A DNA stretch of 64,000 bases from Eledone cirrhosa (lineage: Eukaryota): positions 362,080,001-362,144,000 of the forward strand of contig OZ024742.1 in NCBI GenBank assembly GCA_964016885.1, given 5' to 3'. The position numbers were made by a program, and so were the translations under genes. Below, piece by piece: positions 38,309 to 54,475 of this stretch; position 1 is the first letter of the stretch, and the number at the start of each line of letters is the position of its first letter. The notes under the pieces are model-generated. The model ran no database searches. It was not told the DNA's origin and saw only the letters and a program-made list of their open reading frames with translations.

Positions 38309-38490
38309 ATAATTGTTTCTACTTTAGGCACAAGGCCAGCAATTACCCAGTGCATTACTGGTACTTTATTTTATCGACCCCGTAAGGGTGAAAGGCAAAG
38401 TAAACCTCGGCGGGATTTGAACTCAGACTGTAAAGGGACGTAACTATGCTGGAAAGCATGGCGTCCGACTCTCTACCGATACTGCCAATA
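38309..38490 (-). mobile_element. SINE family S1, full length (3' fragment also at 38630-38712)
   Basis: Matches the other S1 copies. Confidence 0.85.
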
Positions 38491-38984
38491 CACACGTAAT
38501 TGTCAGTGTAGGTAAGTAAAAAAGATAAATGATACATAAAACAACAAATGATACATAAAACAACAACAACAACAACAAAAGACAAAAATGAAACCAAAAG
38601 GAAAACGTTCCTAAAAATCCACGATGGTAATAATTGTTTCTACTTTTGGCACAAGGCCAGCAATTACTCAGTGCATTACTGGTACTTTATTTTATCGACC
38701 CCGGAAGGATGGTAATAATGATTTCAAGAAAGAATTCCGTGGAAAAATAAAATATTTGTGAGGATTCAGTGAAATGCTTTAGTAAATGTCTCTACATAAA
38801 ATGGAGGGGAAAGCGAAGATGATAGTAATACAATATAAAATACTGAGAACGAGGTCAAGTATTTTGAGGAGAAACAGAAGTTGCTGGAATATACACAAAC
38901 CTAAGTGAACACAACATGGCGTCAGGAAGATATTGGGCTCTTCAGTGGAGATCTTATATATATGTATATACGTATATATATATA

Positions 38985-41711
<2,727 letters not shown>

Positions 41712-41814
41712 GTGCATAGAGAGTGGCATGGAGCTGAGATGTGCGAGAGGGACCTAGCTGAAATATAAACCTATAATTAACTTAAATCAACGATCATAAT
41801 ACGTTTCTTCGAGC

Positions 41815-41990
41815 TCATGGATGGCATCCAGCCATCTTGCTCAGAGTCTACCCTTGGGTCTCCTGCCGGTTGGTTTTGCCCGTATAATCTGTCTACCGAT
41901 TCTTTCCTGAGACATTTTAAGTTAGAATTTCTAACCTTATACATATAGTATCGGAGCTGTAATCTCTCAATTCGGGCAAGTAGCGGCTCT
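41815..41990 (-). mobile_element. RTE-clade 3' fragment
   Basis: Homologous to 29825-29980 in reverse orientation. Confidence 0.6.
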
Positions 41991-42294
41991 ACCTGGTGGC
42001 AACTGAAGTACCATTATATGCAAATAACTACTATATGCCTTATATAAGATTTTAAACAGCAATCAATGCGTTCATAACGATCCTCAATGTGAATCTAATG
42101 TAGAAATTGTATTCCCACTGTACTGCCACTTCTCATCATTTTAAACACTTTTAGCAGTTTTATCATTTCCCCTTATCACTGTAAACACAAATGGGAAATA
42201 ATTTATGCTTTGTTTTCTGGTCTTATTCAATTTATTATAAATTTATGACTCGTCCTCTGTCGAATGTGTCTTTTTAAATAAATAGTGTAATATA

Positions 42295-42333
<39 letters not shown>

Positions 42334-42337
<4 letters not shown>

Positions 42338-42527
42338 ATGTTTAACTCCGACGGCAGAGCTCAAGCCATTTCGACGGCCATTTCTGGACTCTGAGTCCAT
42401 AAATAGCCGTCGAAATGGCTTGAGCTCTGAGGTCGGGGTTAAACAAGTTCCTATTACCCACTCTACTACCCTAAGTATTGAGTACTCTGGTGCGTTATGG
42501 TGCATCTGGTTCCTTACCACACCTCCG

Positions 42528-42530
<3 letters not shown>
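42334..42530. repeat. Palindromic cassette (42339-42445) plus tail, inserted in (TA)n
   Basis: Hairpin centred on GGACTCTGAGTCC. Parts recur at 33170-33220 (+) and 32101-32181 (-). Confidence 0.75.
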
Positions 42531-42615
<85 letters not shown>

Positions 42616-43129
42616 ATGAAATATATGGAGAATAGAAATGGCTGTGTAGTTGCTATTTAAGGTAACTTAAAATGCAGTGGGAATACGAAGAAACCAAGAA
42701 CAGGGCGGCGGGAGGAGTTTTCCTTTGGGGGTCTAGGATATTTCTACGCTATAAAGACAAAATACCACTTCACCCCAGGGCGTCAATAACTGGATAAGTT
42801 ATTGGGAAAACGAAGGAAGGAGGGAAGGAAAGCAAAGAGGAAGAAAAGAGAAACAGTAACAAGACAGCGAAAAAAACACAAACCGAGCAATGTGCGAGCA
42901 ACTATAGGTAGGACATCCAAGACCACTCAATAATAGAACTTAAGTTCAAGACTGAGTAATCGAGAGAAAGAAGACACACGTCCGATCGCCGCAGTTGTAA
43001 GTGAGAAGAGAACTGCTAAACGGTCAGACGAGGGGTGAAAGTGAGAGGGAGAAAGGGAGAGGAAGAAAGTGGGGTAAGAGTAGATAGGGAGAAAGGGAGG
43101 GGAAGAAAGAGGGTGAGAGTAGAAATTGG

Positions 43130-43185
<56 letters not shown>

Positions 43186-43420
43186 ACGTACATTCATATA
43201 TGTATACAGACGTACAGTAGTATGTATACATATACATAGTACGTATACATACTTATATTTAAGTAACAGCCGTACTAAGAGTGAGAAATGAAATTTCGTT
43301 TCATTTTTTCCGTTTATATATATATATATATATGTAAAAGGTAAACAGAAATAACAACACAATCGGTACAGTATATGGAAGGGATATATTAGGTTAACGC
43401 TCGATATAGCAGGAAGTGGG

Positions 43421-43460
43421 TCTTAACGTTTCGGACGACGCTAGTCCTTCATCAGTAGAA
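43421..43460 (-). ncRNA. Minimal hammerhead ribozyme motif in a solo cassette 43335-43525
   Basis: CTGATGA-AGGAC/GTCC-GAAACGTTA. Cassette flanked by TA runs. Confidence 0.8.
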
Positions 43461-43615
43461 AGAATGAGAAATAAGATAGTTTGAGGGGACGGGCGGGATG
43501 GTATTGGGATAAAAATACCATACATATATATATAAATACATACACACACACATATGTATAAATAAATAAATAAATAAATATATATATATATTAAATAAAT
43601 AAATAAATAAATGAG

Positions 43616-43654
<39 letters not shown>

Positions 43655-43657
<3 letters not shown>

Positions 43658-46600
43658 CCAAACGGAATAATATCTCAGGGGCGAACTCCTCGCTCTCCGC
43701 TTCCTCCGTAGCCGAGATGACATCGTCATCAAACTGGCGGAAAAGGGAGGCGCCGTGGTGGCGTGGCGCGCGGACCTCTACACGGCCGAAGCCCTCAGGC
43801 AGCTCTGTAACCCCCTCTTCTACCGCCCTCTACCCTCCGATCCCACACCCCTCTACCAACAACAAGTTTCCTCCACCATCCAACACCTTGTCTCCCCCCC
43901 GCTTCCCACCTCATCGTCCACACCCCCCGCACCCCCACCATCTACTTCCTCCCCAAACTCCACAAACCCGACAACCCCGGCCACCCCATCGTCTCCGCTT
44001 GCAACTGCCCCACCGAACTCATCTCCGCCTTTCTCGACTCCATCCTCGCCCCCCTTGTCACCACCCTCCCCTCCCACATCTCCGACACCAACCACGCCCT
44101 GCGCCTTTTCGACTCCTTCACCTACCCACCCGGCCCACAGCCCTTCCTCTTCACCCTAGACATCAAGTCCCTCTATACCGTCATCCCCCACGCCGACGGC
44201 CTACGCGACCTTCGCCCCTCCCCCATTCCCTCCACCCCCACTCTCCTTCGCCTCGCCGAGCTGGTCCTCACCCTCAATTGTTTCTTCTTCTCGGGTGAGT
44301 TTTACCAACTGGTCACGGGGGTAGCCATGGGTACAAGAATGGGCCCGAACTATGCCAAACTTTTTGTTGGCCATGTTGAGGCCCAAATCTTTGCCCAGTA
44401 CACCGGCCCCACGCCCGAACTGTACGGTCGTTACATTGACGACTGTATCGGAGCCACGACCCTTACCCGAGAACAGCTCGACTCCTTTCTCTCCTTCTTC
44501 TGCTCCTTCCACCCCTCCCTCCACTTCACCACCTCTATCTCCACCACCCACGTCCACTTCTTAGACATCTCCGTCGCCTTCGACCCCTCCCACCACTCCT
44601 TCGTCACCTCCGCCTTCTTCAAACCCACCGACTCCCACTCTTACCTCGACTTCACCTCTTCCCACCCCACACACACTAAACACTCTATTCCCTACTCCCA
44701 AATCCTCAGGATCAGCCGCCTCTGTGGCCGAGATGCTGACTTCGAGTCCCAGGCCCTTTCCCTAGTCAGCCATTTCATCCGCAGAGGTTAGCCCCCCCCC
44801 TCTCGTCCACACCGCTCTCACCCGCGCCCGTGCTGTCCACCGCTCCACCACCCTCACCCCACGCCACCGCCCACCCACCGTCTCCCCTTCCCCACCACCT
44901 ATCACCCCTCCACCTTACCCCACCACCGCACCATCCGCCGCCTCTTCCGACGCCTCCAGTCCAACCCCTCCACCTCCCACATCTTCCCAACCCCACCACT
45001 CCCCTCCTTCAAACGCGCACGCAATCTCCGCACCCTCCTCGTCCACAGCTCGCTACCCCCCAACCCACGCTCTTCCCCCCCGGTTCCTTTCCCTGTTCTA
45101 GGCCCCGCTGCAACACCACCACTTTCCAGGGTCCCAACGGCCACTCTCTCTCTGTCCGGCATGCCTTCCGCTGCACCTCCTCCAACCTAGTCTACGGAGT
45201 TCGCTGCACGGAGTGCAGCGCGACTTACGTCGGACAGACGGGACGTCGCCTGGCGCACCGATTCACTGAGCACCTCCGGGATATTCGTCTCGGTGGTAGT
45301 TCCCCCATCGCCCGCCACTTTGGTGCCCCTGGACATTCCGCACGCCATCTCACAGTCTGTGGCCTACTCCAATGCCACGGAACACCCGCCAATCTCCTCA
45401 GAGTTGAACAAAGAACCATCTTCATCTTACAGACCCACACTCCCCCGGCCTGAACTCCCCACCCTTATTCCTTTAGCCTTCGACCGCCCCCCTCCCCCCA
45501 CACATATCCCCCACTAACACCACTAACACACCCCTCCTTTTCACCGCCCACCCCACAACTAACAATACTAACACCTCCACTCCACCCCTCATCCGACCGC
45601 CCTTCCCCAACTAACATACTAACATCCCTCCCTTCTTCTCCCCCCCCTTATCACACGCACACACCCACCGGCACATATATACACGCGCTCCCACTAAACA
45701 CACACCCTACTACCACCACTAACCCTCACCCCCACACCTCCATCCCACCACCCCGCAACTAACATCACTAATACCCCCTGACCCCAAGCACACGAACACA
45801 TGCACCCACTTACACCACCCACCCCACACGCAACTAACATCACTAACGCCCCCCAACCCCACGCACACGTACCCACACACCCTCGTACACCAGCAACTCT
45901 ACACACCCTACCACCACTAACCCCCACTCACACCTGCATTCAACCCCTTCTCCACCTCCCGTATACTAACACCCACTAACACGCCCTTCATCAAACTACA
46001 CACACACCAGTACACCACACTCCCTCCCTCGACCCCACACCCTTCTCTCCCCGCTCCACCCACACCCTTTCTCCACACTCACTCATCCCACTAACACCTA
46101 CTAATACACACACACACCCTCCTCACTCCAACTTTCACACCTACCCATCCTCGCGCCTTTACCATTCCACCCGACTGCTGCTATTCCCTCTGACCACTTC
46201 CCAGCACACACAGACACACAGAACTCCTACCGCCTTGACCACTTCCTGTTCCGCGCGCACCCCACATCTCTCCTCTTCCGACCATCTCTTCATGGAATAC
46301 TCGTATGTGGAGCTTGACCGTGGAATCTACTACCATCATAGGAGTTTACCAACATTTCAACCACATCCTCTTAAGGAATCACCTATATAACTCACCCACA
46401 CACACACCCCCAAAAATTTTTTTCTCCCACACGCCACCTACACCCACAACACGCTTAAACCCCACACACACGTGCTTTCCACCACATATTTACACCTTCA
46501 GCCTCCGGATTCCTCTCCCCCACCCCTCTATCCACACACGCACACGCACTCCGACCTACACCCCACCCACACACACCTCTTCCTGAACATGCAACCCCGT

Positions 46601-47071
46601 TCTTCCCCCAACCCTTGCTTTCACATACACACACACACACACACACGTACACCTACACACACACACCACCCTCAGCCCTCCCCGCTCGGACACCCCGTCT
46701 CCCTCTCCCCACTCCACCCGCCACCACCCCTACACACCCCACACCCTCCCACCACCTGTTTTACCCCTTTTTAATTTCAGTTTATTTTGATCATGCTTTT
46801 ATTTTTATTTCATTTCATTTTATTTTGATCATGCTTTATTTTTATTTTTATTTTTAATTTCATTCGCACCGTTTCCTCCCACCCCCTTCTCGCTATATGT
46901 CTCTCCACCACTCCCCTACACACCCTTTGAACTCTCTTCCCACACACTTTTCACCTGAGGAAGGGCTTATGCCCGAAACGTCGTTCCCCACCACCACCCC
47001 ACTCTCCAGAGCGTGAAATTAATAAACATTCGTTGTACTGCCTCTCTGTTTTGTTCCTGTTCAAATTTTCC

Positions 47072-47072
<1 letters not shown>
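43655..47072 (+). mobile_element. Penelope-like element (Neptune-like Cys linker), 5'-truncated, extremely C-rich, inserted in (TA)n
   Basis: IVIKLAEKGG, LDIKSLYT, GVAMGTRMGPNYA, RYIDD, KPTDSHSYL, CSRPRC, NLVYGVRC..YVGQTGR (GIY-YIG, ends 45452). Long 3' UTR with HHR and AATAAA (~47021). Confidence 0.9.
46950..46985 (+). ncRNA. Minimal hammerhead ribozyme motif of the PLE terminal repeat
   Basis: CTGAGGA-AGGGC ttat GCCC-GAAACGTC. Confidence 0.8.
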
Positions 47073-47121
<49 letters not shown>

Positions 47122-47125
<4 letters not shown>

Positions 47126-47312
47126 TAAAAAGGAAAAGAAAATGCTGACAAATTTTTCCCATTGAAAAATAGTTTAATTAGGAATAAGTATAAATTGTAA
47201 TAAGTATTAGTTATTATTCAGTTTTAGTTTTAAGTTTTTAACCGGTTGCGCATTTTTCATGCTTTTCAAAAATAATGCTGAGATAGAGTGCTCGTGATTT
47301 TTCCTCTAATCT
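47122..47312 (-). mobile_element. Solo cassette with variant HHR-like motif (47235-47272), same family as the 63-kb palindrome
   Basis: Homologous to 63022-63205. TTGAAAA-GCAT/ATGC-GCAACCGGTT. Confidence 0.7.
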
Positions 47313-47324
47313 GTATATATATAT

Positions 47325-49442
47325 AAGAAAATGGGGTTTGTTTTAAATGAAAAAAGAAAACATGTCCTACACGAGTGAAAGTTTAAGGAAAAAAGATGAA
47401 ATCGAAAATGCAACTGGAGTCTTTTTAAGAATATTTATTTGTTTCCTTTACCGGTTTCACTACTCTTGTGCTTTTCAAAAGTAGAATTGAGATGAAGGGT
47501 TTGTGTTTTTTCTCGCATCTGGTTGGTGTTCGAATGTTACTTCTGTTTTATATGGAAAAAAGTGGCTGGAAATGCTAGGTTTAAAAAATTTTTTATTTGG
47601 TTGGTTGATGACTGTCACGTGAATAAATATAATAAATTCACGCCAGTTCGAGTGACAAAGTTCTGATTGTATTTGCCTTAAAAAAAGGAGGCTCAGATTG
47701 TTTTTTCATATATGAGTGAAATTTGGTTGGTTGATGCAGTCACATGAATTAGCACCTCAACTTTCGCGCCAGTTCGTGTTTGACGGTTCTTTATTTTCCT
47801 ATCCACTTAAAAAAGTGGCTCAAAAATATTTTTTTTATAAATGTAATTTGATTGGTTTTGACTGTCACGTGAATAAGTACATTAAATTTCGCGTCAGTTC
47901 GTATTTGGGAGTTCTTTGTAGCCGTTTTCACAGTCACATGATTTGTCATAGAGAGTTTTGGGCCAAACAAAAGATAAAGGTAAAGAAAAAAGGGAAGGGG
48001 AGAATTGTTCTGGTTCAGTGAGTTTTGGCTGATGTGCTGAGGTGTCAAAATTCAGATTTTCTATTGAAATAAAGAAAACAGAGATATATATTTTTACTTG
48101 TGTGCTGATGTGTGTGTGTGTGTAGGAAAATGATTCCATTAGTAGAAATTGAAAAAGGAGTTATGTGTGTGTATGTGAGTGTGTGTGTGTGGGGGGGGGG
48201 TATTGTTAGCATGTCAAGCTGGTGGCGACAGGGTAGAGAATATATATTTTTGTGTGTATGAGTGTGTGTGTGTAGGAAAATAATTCCATTAGTAGAAATG
48301 GAGGAGGGAGTTATGTGTGTGTGTATATGGGTGTTATATGTGTGTGTGGGAGTATGGTTAGCATGTTAAGACGGAGAGAATATATATTTGTGTGTGTGTG
48401 TGTGTATATATATGTGTGTGTGTAGGAAAATGATACCGTTAGTAGAAATTTGGGAGGGAGTTATGTGTGTGTGGAGGGCATGTAAAGGTTTTAGAGTATT
48501 AACGTATGTTAAGGTTTATTTAGCTCTGGTTTTTATTTTCGAATATAGGTGTTATGTGTGTGTGTATGTATGTGTCTGTTTGGATGATTAGCATGTTATG
48601 GTGTTAACATAATGTATATTAAACTATATTTAATGTTGGTCTATATTTTTGAATACACGTATTTTCCTTATTCATTCGTATTTGGTCTGTTGTATTGTCA
48701 GCGCAAAGATAAAGTGATAAGACTTGGAATTTGGGTGTCTTATCGCATATGTCTAGATGTGCACTGTCTTGTGGTAGGGTCTCGTAATTGTTGGCGATGA
48801 ATTGTCATTCTGTTTCTGAGTGTGAGTTTAGTTTGCTCTATATAATCTTCATTGCATCCTTTACATTTAATGGCATAAACTAGATTTTTTGATGAACAAG
48901 TGAAGTGATTTTTTTACAACAAAAATTTATCCTGATTGAAATGTATACATGATGGCTTCAATGAGGTGAGTGCAAGTTCTGCAATTGGAGCGACAACATT
49001 TTTTGACAGTTGGTTTATGGTAGGTAATTTGGCATTGGTGAGTAATGTTTTTAGTCATTTAGGTTGTCTTTTGTTTTTGACTATTTTGTGTGTTTCAATT
49101 GCTTTTTCCATTCTTGGGTCTTGTTTCAATGGTAGGATGTTCTTGTGAATAAGGTTGTATGCTTCCGTATTTCTTGGGTTGTGTGTTGAGATATACGATA
49201 GAATATTGGACGTACCATGAATTTGTTTCTGTTTTCGTAATTCAATTCCATTATCTATTAGTAATCGTGGGTACTGGCTTTCGAGCAGAATTTCCTTTAA
49301 TTCTTGAAGTTTTTTATTTCGCGTTTCATAATTGGAGACAATTGTGCAAATTCTTCTTGCTAAATTAAAAGGGATGTTCGTCTTCGTGTGCTTTGGATGG
49401 CTGGAGGTGAATAGCAAATATTGTTTGGAATCTGTTGGATAG
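47325..49442 (-). mobile_element. Penelope-like element, 5'-truncated (RT thumb + GIY-YIG + long repetitive 3' UTR + variant HHR at 47445-47484)
   Basis: PTDSKQYL.FTSSHP.H.K.NIP..LARR and FTCSSKNLVYAIKC..C..YI.QT. UTR has three copies of a ~125-bp repeat (47597-47920) and three of a 150-bp repeat (48121-48470). Confidence 0.82.
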
Positions 49443-49683
49443 CCTGACCATTGAAATATATATATAGTGTTTTTGCAACAATAAAACTTTAAGGGAACTT
49501 CACCAGTCTGGCCTTCTATTATTTTAATCAAACTAATAATTAACTCCGATCCTGCACCACCAACATAATTCAAGATCTAAGATGGATGAGTTACATAACG
49601 TTGAATGCTTTTCACACTATTGCACCATGATTAACTATACGGAATGACAAGTTCTATCCAGTGGTGAACCACCAAACATAAAT
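49443..49683 (+). mobile_element. Truncated pLTR-like cassette (3' half of HHR + tail)
   Basis: Homologous to 36230-36445 (ATTGAAA..palindrome..AATAAA..CTATCCAGTGGTGAACC). Confidence 0.65.
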
Positions 49684-50019
49684 ATATATATATTGCATTA
49701 CTAATATTACGGTATCAATTTTTATTTTATTTTATCCCCTTAAGGCCAACGAATAAAGAAAAGACTGAGTAGATGTCGATATAGGATTAGTTAATTAGTT
49801 CAAATCCAATATTTGTGTAGATCTTATTTTATCGATGAAATGCAAATATTGACTCCATAAACAAATGTGAGAGATTGGGTAAAAAATAATCCAACCTTCC
49901 CTCTCTGGAAACCCACCACACTTGTGGATCACTCAGAATACTAGCAGTTATATACATATATCTATTTTACTGTCAAGTAGATTCTTTTTATAGACGGGGA
50001 AGCCATAATGTCTTGGTCT

Positions 50020-50235
50020 TACGATCATAATGTCTTGGTTTCGATTCCTGGAATGGGTTGTGTTTCTTGAGCAAAACACTTCATTTCACATTGCTCGAGT
50101 ATACGCAGCTGAAAGTGAGTATCAGAAGTAGCTACGGATTTAACCCTGCGATGGATTGGTGTCCTATCCAGGGGGAATCTTTTACCATGATAAGCACTGG
50201 TCTGATGAGCCACCGAGACAGACTTTAGACTTTTT
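50020..50235 (+). mobile_element. SINE (second family, CORE-like central box)
   Basis: B-box-like GTTTCGATTCC followed by GTTGTGTTTCTTGAGCAAAACACTT, shared with 54155-54475. Confidence 0.6.
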
Positions 50236-50644
50236 AGAATTAACATAATTGTTAAGATATCTGAGAGAGGGTAATCCTTTCATCTCTCTTTAATCTGAGT
50301 TCAAATCCCATTTAGTTCAACTTTGCCTTTCATCATTTCGCGACCCCGTTTTGATTCTTCCTCCAATTCTCATTCTTATCCACCCTTTCTTTCTCTCACT
50401 CACTCTTTCTCCGGAAGAAATCAACTATGATCAGATTTGGAAAACAATAAGCTCCGCCGGGTTGAAAATGGCCCAGACTCGCCTTATGTCACGATGTTGC
50501 ACCTCCGACTCCATCATGTGTTATGTGTCCATGGCACTATTATGTTAAACACTGTTTTTCTGTCTCATCAGCAGACATTCACCGGTTAAAGGAATTCACC
50601 GGATTATTAGCTGATTGTGAACCGAAATAGCGATAAGACTTCAC

Positions 50645-50900
50645 TTCTTGGTTGAAACTAAGAATATATTCTTGGGAAAGAAATTAATGTTACATGACAT
50701 ATAACTCTCCTATGAATAAATTGCAGTACTTTCTTCTTATCCTGGTTGAAACTAACACAATATACTTGGGGAATGGAATGAATGTTACAACATCACGTCT
50801 AGTTCTCTTCTCAATCATCTGTGATGTAGCTTTTCTTACTGGTTGAAGTTAACACAATATTCTTGGGGAATGGAATGAATGTTACAACATCACGTCTAGC
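50645..50900. repeat. Three-copy ~95-bp tandem repeat
   Basis: GGTTGAAACTAACACAATAT..GGAATGAATGTTACAACATCACGTCTAG recurs at ~50650, 50743 and 50841. Confidence 0.75.
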
Positions 50901-51073
50901 TATCCCCTCAAGAAAACGTTCAGCTATTTGGCTTGTTCTGTTTTTGCTTTATTCTCTATAATGTTTCTTATAAATCTATTGTTTATATTTTTCATTTCGT
51001 TAATGTTCTTGTCTTTAATCTCCTTAAGATTCTTACATCTCAATGGATTATGTCAACGAGAGACAACACTGAG

Positions 51074-51077
51074 ACTA

Positions 51078-51109
<32 letters not shown>

Positions 51110-51137
51110 ACTGCTGCTACTACTGCTGCTGCTACTG

Positions 51138-51203
<66 letters not shown>
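51074..51203. repeat. (CTA)n/(CTG)n microsatellite
   Basis: Direct reading. Confidence 0.95.
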
Positions 51204-51222
51204 TCGTTATTGTTCTTGTTGT

Positions 51223-51410
51223 TAATAATTGTTTCTACTTTAGGCACAAGGCCAGCAATTACCCAGTGCATTACTGGTACTTTATTTTATCGACTCCGTA
51301 AGGATGAAAGGCAAAGTCAACCTCGGCGGGATTTGAACTCAGATCGTAAAGGGACGTAACTATGCTGGAAAGCATGGCGTCCGACCCTCTACTGATACTG
51401 CCAATCCACC
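51223..51410 (-). mobile_element. SINE family S1, full length (3' fragment also at 51740-51830)
   Basis: A-box TGGCAGTATCAG, B-box GAGTTCAAATCC, core and tail. Confidence 0.87.
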
Positions 51411-51899
51411 GTGTTGTTAATAATGCTTATAAAAAACAAAAACAAAAACAGCAACAAAACCGACAAAAACACCAAAATATTAACAACAAAAAAACAAAAC
51501 AAAAAATAAACAATGAAAAGAAAACTAAACAAACAAAAGATAGAAAATGAAACAAAGGAGAAGAATAGAGAAACTAATGGAAAAGATAGAATAAATAGAT
51601 GAGAGATTCTCTAAATGAAATACTTAAGGACTTCAAGATTATCATGACATTAATGGGTTTCATATAAAACCTCGTAGAAAGTATTCCACTAGGAATTATT
51701 TAAACAGTCGATAATAATATATTGTCGATAATAAAATAATAATTGTTTCTACTTTAGGCACAAGGCCAGCAAATTAACCAGTGCATTACTGGTACTTTAT
51801 TTTATCGACCCCGTAAGGATGAAAGGCAATTGGTAATAATAATACATTAAAATAATAATATTGATAATAATATTACAAATATTAAAATAATAATATTCA

Positions 51900-52110
51900 T
51901 AATAACAATGATTTCTTTATTAGCCACACAGGGCTCATATTAAGGAGACATTAAAGACGGTACAGAACGATACAGTGTCGGGATTTTTGTGTAAAATAGA
52001 ATTTATAACATTAAGAAAATAAGCATTTAAAAAAACAAACAATGAAATTAGAAAATTGTTTTCTCTTTTTTGTAAAGTTTTTCTAGCAATCGGTTTCTAG
52101 ATAGAGCGGG
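51900..52110 (-). mobile_element. Tx1-like LINE 3' UTR fragment
   Basis: Reverse complement ends GCCCTGTGTGGCTAATAAAGAAATCATT, like the T1 3' end at 17144-17170. Confidence 0.55.
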
Positions 52111-52189
52111 TCGGTTGGCCTCAGATCCGTCCATGATCTTAGAGGCTCTATACATCACGTAGGATTCTGGTAGTGCTGGTGACGGTAGA

Positions 52190-52390
52190 CATTTGGGCAC
52201 AAGTCAGAGATGCCAAGGCTTTTAATGAAAGACGTAAGAATTTTAAAGACTGTGTCTAGCGCCCCAGTGACAATTGGCACGACTGCTGTCTCTACATGGT
52301 GATCAGTTCTAATCGCGCCTGTAAAGTCTGCATACTTATTTATCTTGTCCATTTCCTTTTTAGCTATATTGCGGTCTTGAGGGATTGTAG
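52190..52390 (-). mobile_element. Old RLE endonuclease fragment of an R4/Dong-like element
   Basis: TIPQDRNIAKKEMDKINKY...VVPIVTGAL parallels the C-termini of families A and B. Confidence 0.65.
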
Positions 52391-53217
52391 TATTAATTAG
52401 AGTATATTTTGGGAAGCGGGTTGTTGGTTTTTTCAAAGGTATCAGGGGGCGCATGTTGTACATCGTTTGTGGTCTCAAAGACCCAAAATAATTCCACTCC
52501 CTATCCTGAAAGACAAGATCCAAGAGGTGTAGGTTCATACCACTCACATTGAGTTTCTTTAAAATAATATTAATAATGTTAAGATTAGAATAATAACAAT
52601 AATAAAATAATGAATAAAACACACAACCATTAAATCCTCATAAAACAAAATAAAATAAAATTAAATCAAATTTACTAGAGACAATTAAAAAATGAAAATG
52701 AAAATAGTAAGATTGGCATCTGCCATTGTTTGTTGTCTATTACCGCTGTTGAGTGAATGTATATATATGTGTGTGTGTGTGTGTAGTGGCATATATGTAT
52801 GTATGTTTATATGTATATATGTATGTATTTATGTATATATGCATGTATGTATGTATGTATGTATATATTTAAGTATATTTGTATGTACACATGTATATAT
52901 GTGAGTGTGAGTGTGAATGTGCGTCAGGGTGTGTATGTATGTGAGTGTAGGTTATTGGGTGTGTGTATAGACAGCTGTGTGAGTGTGTGAGAGACTATTT
53001 GTATATGTGTGTGTGTGTGTATGTAAGGTGTTATGTATGAGTGTGTGTGTGTGAATGTGTATGTAGAGTGTTATGTGTGTGAATGTGTATGTAGAATGTT
53101 ATGTGTGTGAGTGGGTATGTATGTGTGGGCACTTCTTATTTGTTCTTTCTAGGCTGGAATTTTTCTCTTCAGATCATATAATTATACCTAATGACTATTT
53201 CTATTCTTTCTTCTAGA

Positions 53218-53358
53218 ATCTGTCGCATCTGCCACATCTGTCACATCTGTAGCATCACTAGTATCTGTAACATATGTCACATCTGTCACATCTGTAACAT
53301 CTGTAACATCAGTAACATCTGTCACATCTGTCACATCTGTAACATCTGTCACATCATT
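53218..53358. repeat. 9-bp tandem repeat (ACATCTGTM)n
   Basis: Direct reading. Minus strand reads (DVT)n. Confidence 0.85.
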
Positions 53359-53451
53359 TGGAGTTTAATCATTGGGAAAGAAATTGAAAAATAAAACAAA
53401 ACAAAAACAAAAGAAGCCAAAATAGCAAAAAGAAAGAAACCAGTCAAACAG

Positions 53452-53483
<32 letters not shown>

Positions 53484-54154
53484 CACATACATACACACAC
53501 GCACATACACACAGACATATATACACACAGACATACACACACACATACACACACATACACACACACATATACACACACATACACACACACGCACACACAC
53601 ACACATTTTAATTTAGATTATGCAAACACACAAACATAGATACATGTATACATACATCTATGCACACAGATTCATACACACATAGATAATTAGGTATATA
53701 TAGAAATATGTATAGTCACGCAGTTGTAGAGTGATAAGAGAGAAGTGACCATATATGGCGTTACGTATAGTCCTGTTGATCTGAGAGGAATCACAGCTTG
53801 TTTTGTTACCATGGGGGGAGCATTAGGCCCCTAATCCAATGGCGCTGTGTGCCATAATAGGTAGGTGTCATTTCCTATAGCTTTCAGTCAACTCAGGCCA
53901 TATAAACTGAGTGGACATAAACTGTTTGCGAGCTCGTTGGATGCACTCTACCTGTAATTCAAAGGTTCAACTTTGTCACACCGAATCTCCCTGAGAACTA
54001 AGTTCAGAGCACACGTGTCTCTACAAAATGAAGCCATTTAAACGTTAATATCATGAGCAGGCTTTACCATTGAGCAAATGGAATACTCATCGTTGAAACC
54101 GAGAGAGGCCTATTCTTCGGTTGTTATTTCTACATACATCACAATATGTATGTG

Positions 54155-54475
54155 AAGGCACGTGGCTTTGGGGTTAGGGGATTTGGTTTACAATCGTAAT
54201 GTTGTGAGTTCGATTTCCGGTGGCGTGTTGTGTCTTTGAACAAGACACTATATTTCACGCTGCTCCATTCCACTCAGCTGGAAAAAATGAGTTGTACTTT
54301 TAATTCGAAGCGTCAGCCTTGTCACATTGTGTGTCACGTTGAATCTCCCTGAGAACTACGTTAAAGTGTACGCGTGTCTGTAGAATGCTCAGCCACTTGA
54401 CGTTAATTTCAGGAGCAGGCTGTTCCGTTGATCGGATTAACTGTAACACTCGTCGACGTAACCGACGGAGTACCT
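54155..54475 (+). mobile_element. tRNA-derived SINE (second family), with a 3' fragment at 53950-54110
   Basis: A-box-like GTGGCTTTGGGG, B-box GAGTTCGATTTCC, central GTGTTGTGTCTTTGAACAAGACACT. 3' half duplicated upstream. Confidence 0.75.

Noticed and set aside
50195-50225. CTGATGAG resembling a hammerhead core
   Set aside because: No helix II followed by GAAA. It lies in a SINE 3' region.
50351-50600. Unique-looking segment after a pyrimidine tract, possible exon
   Set aside because: No consistent frame, donor site or recognisable protein.
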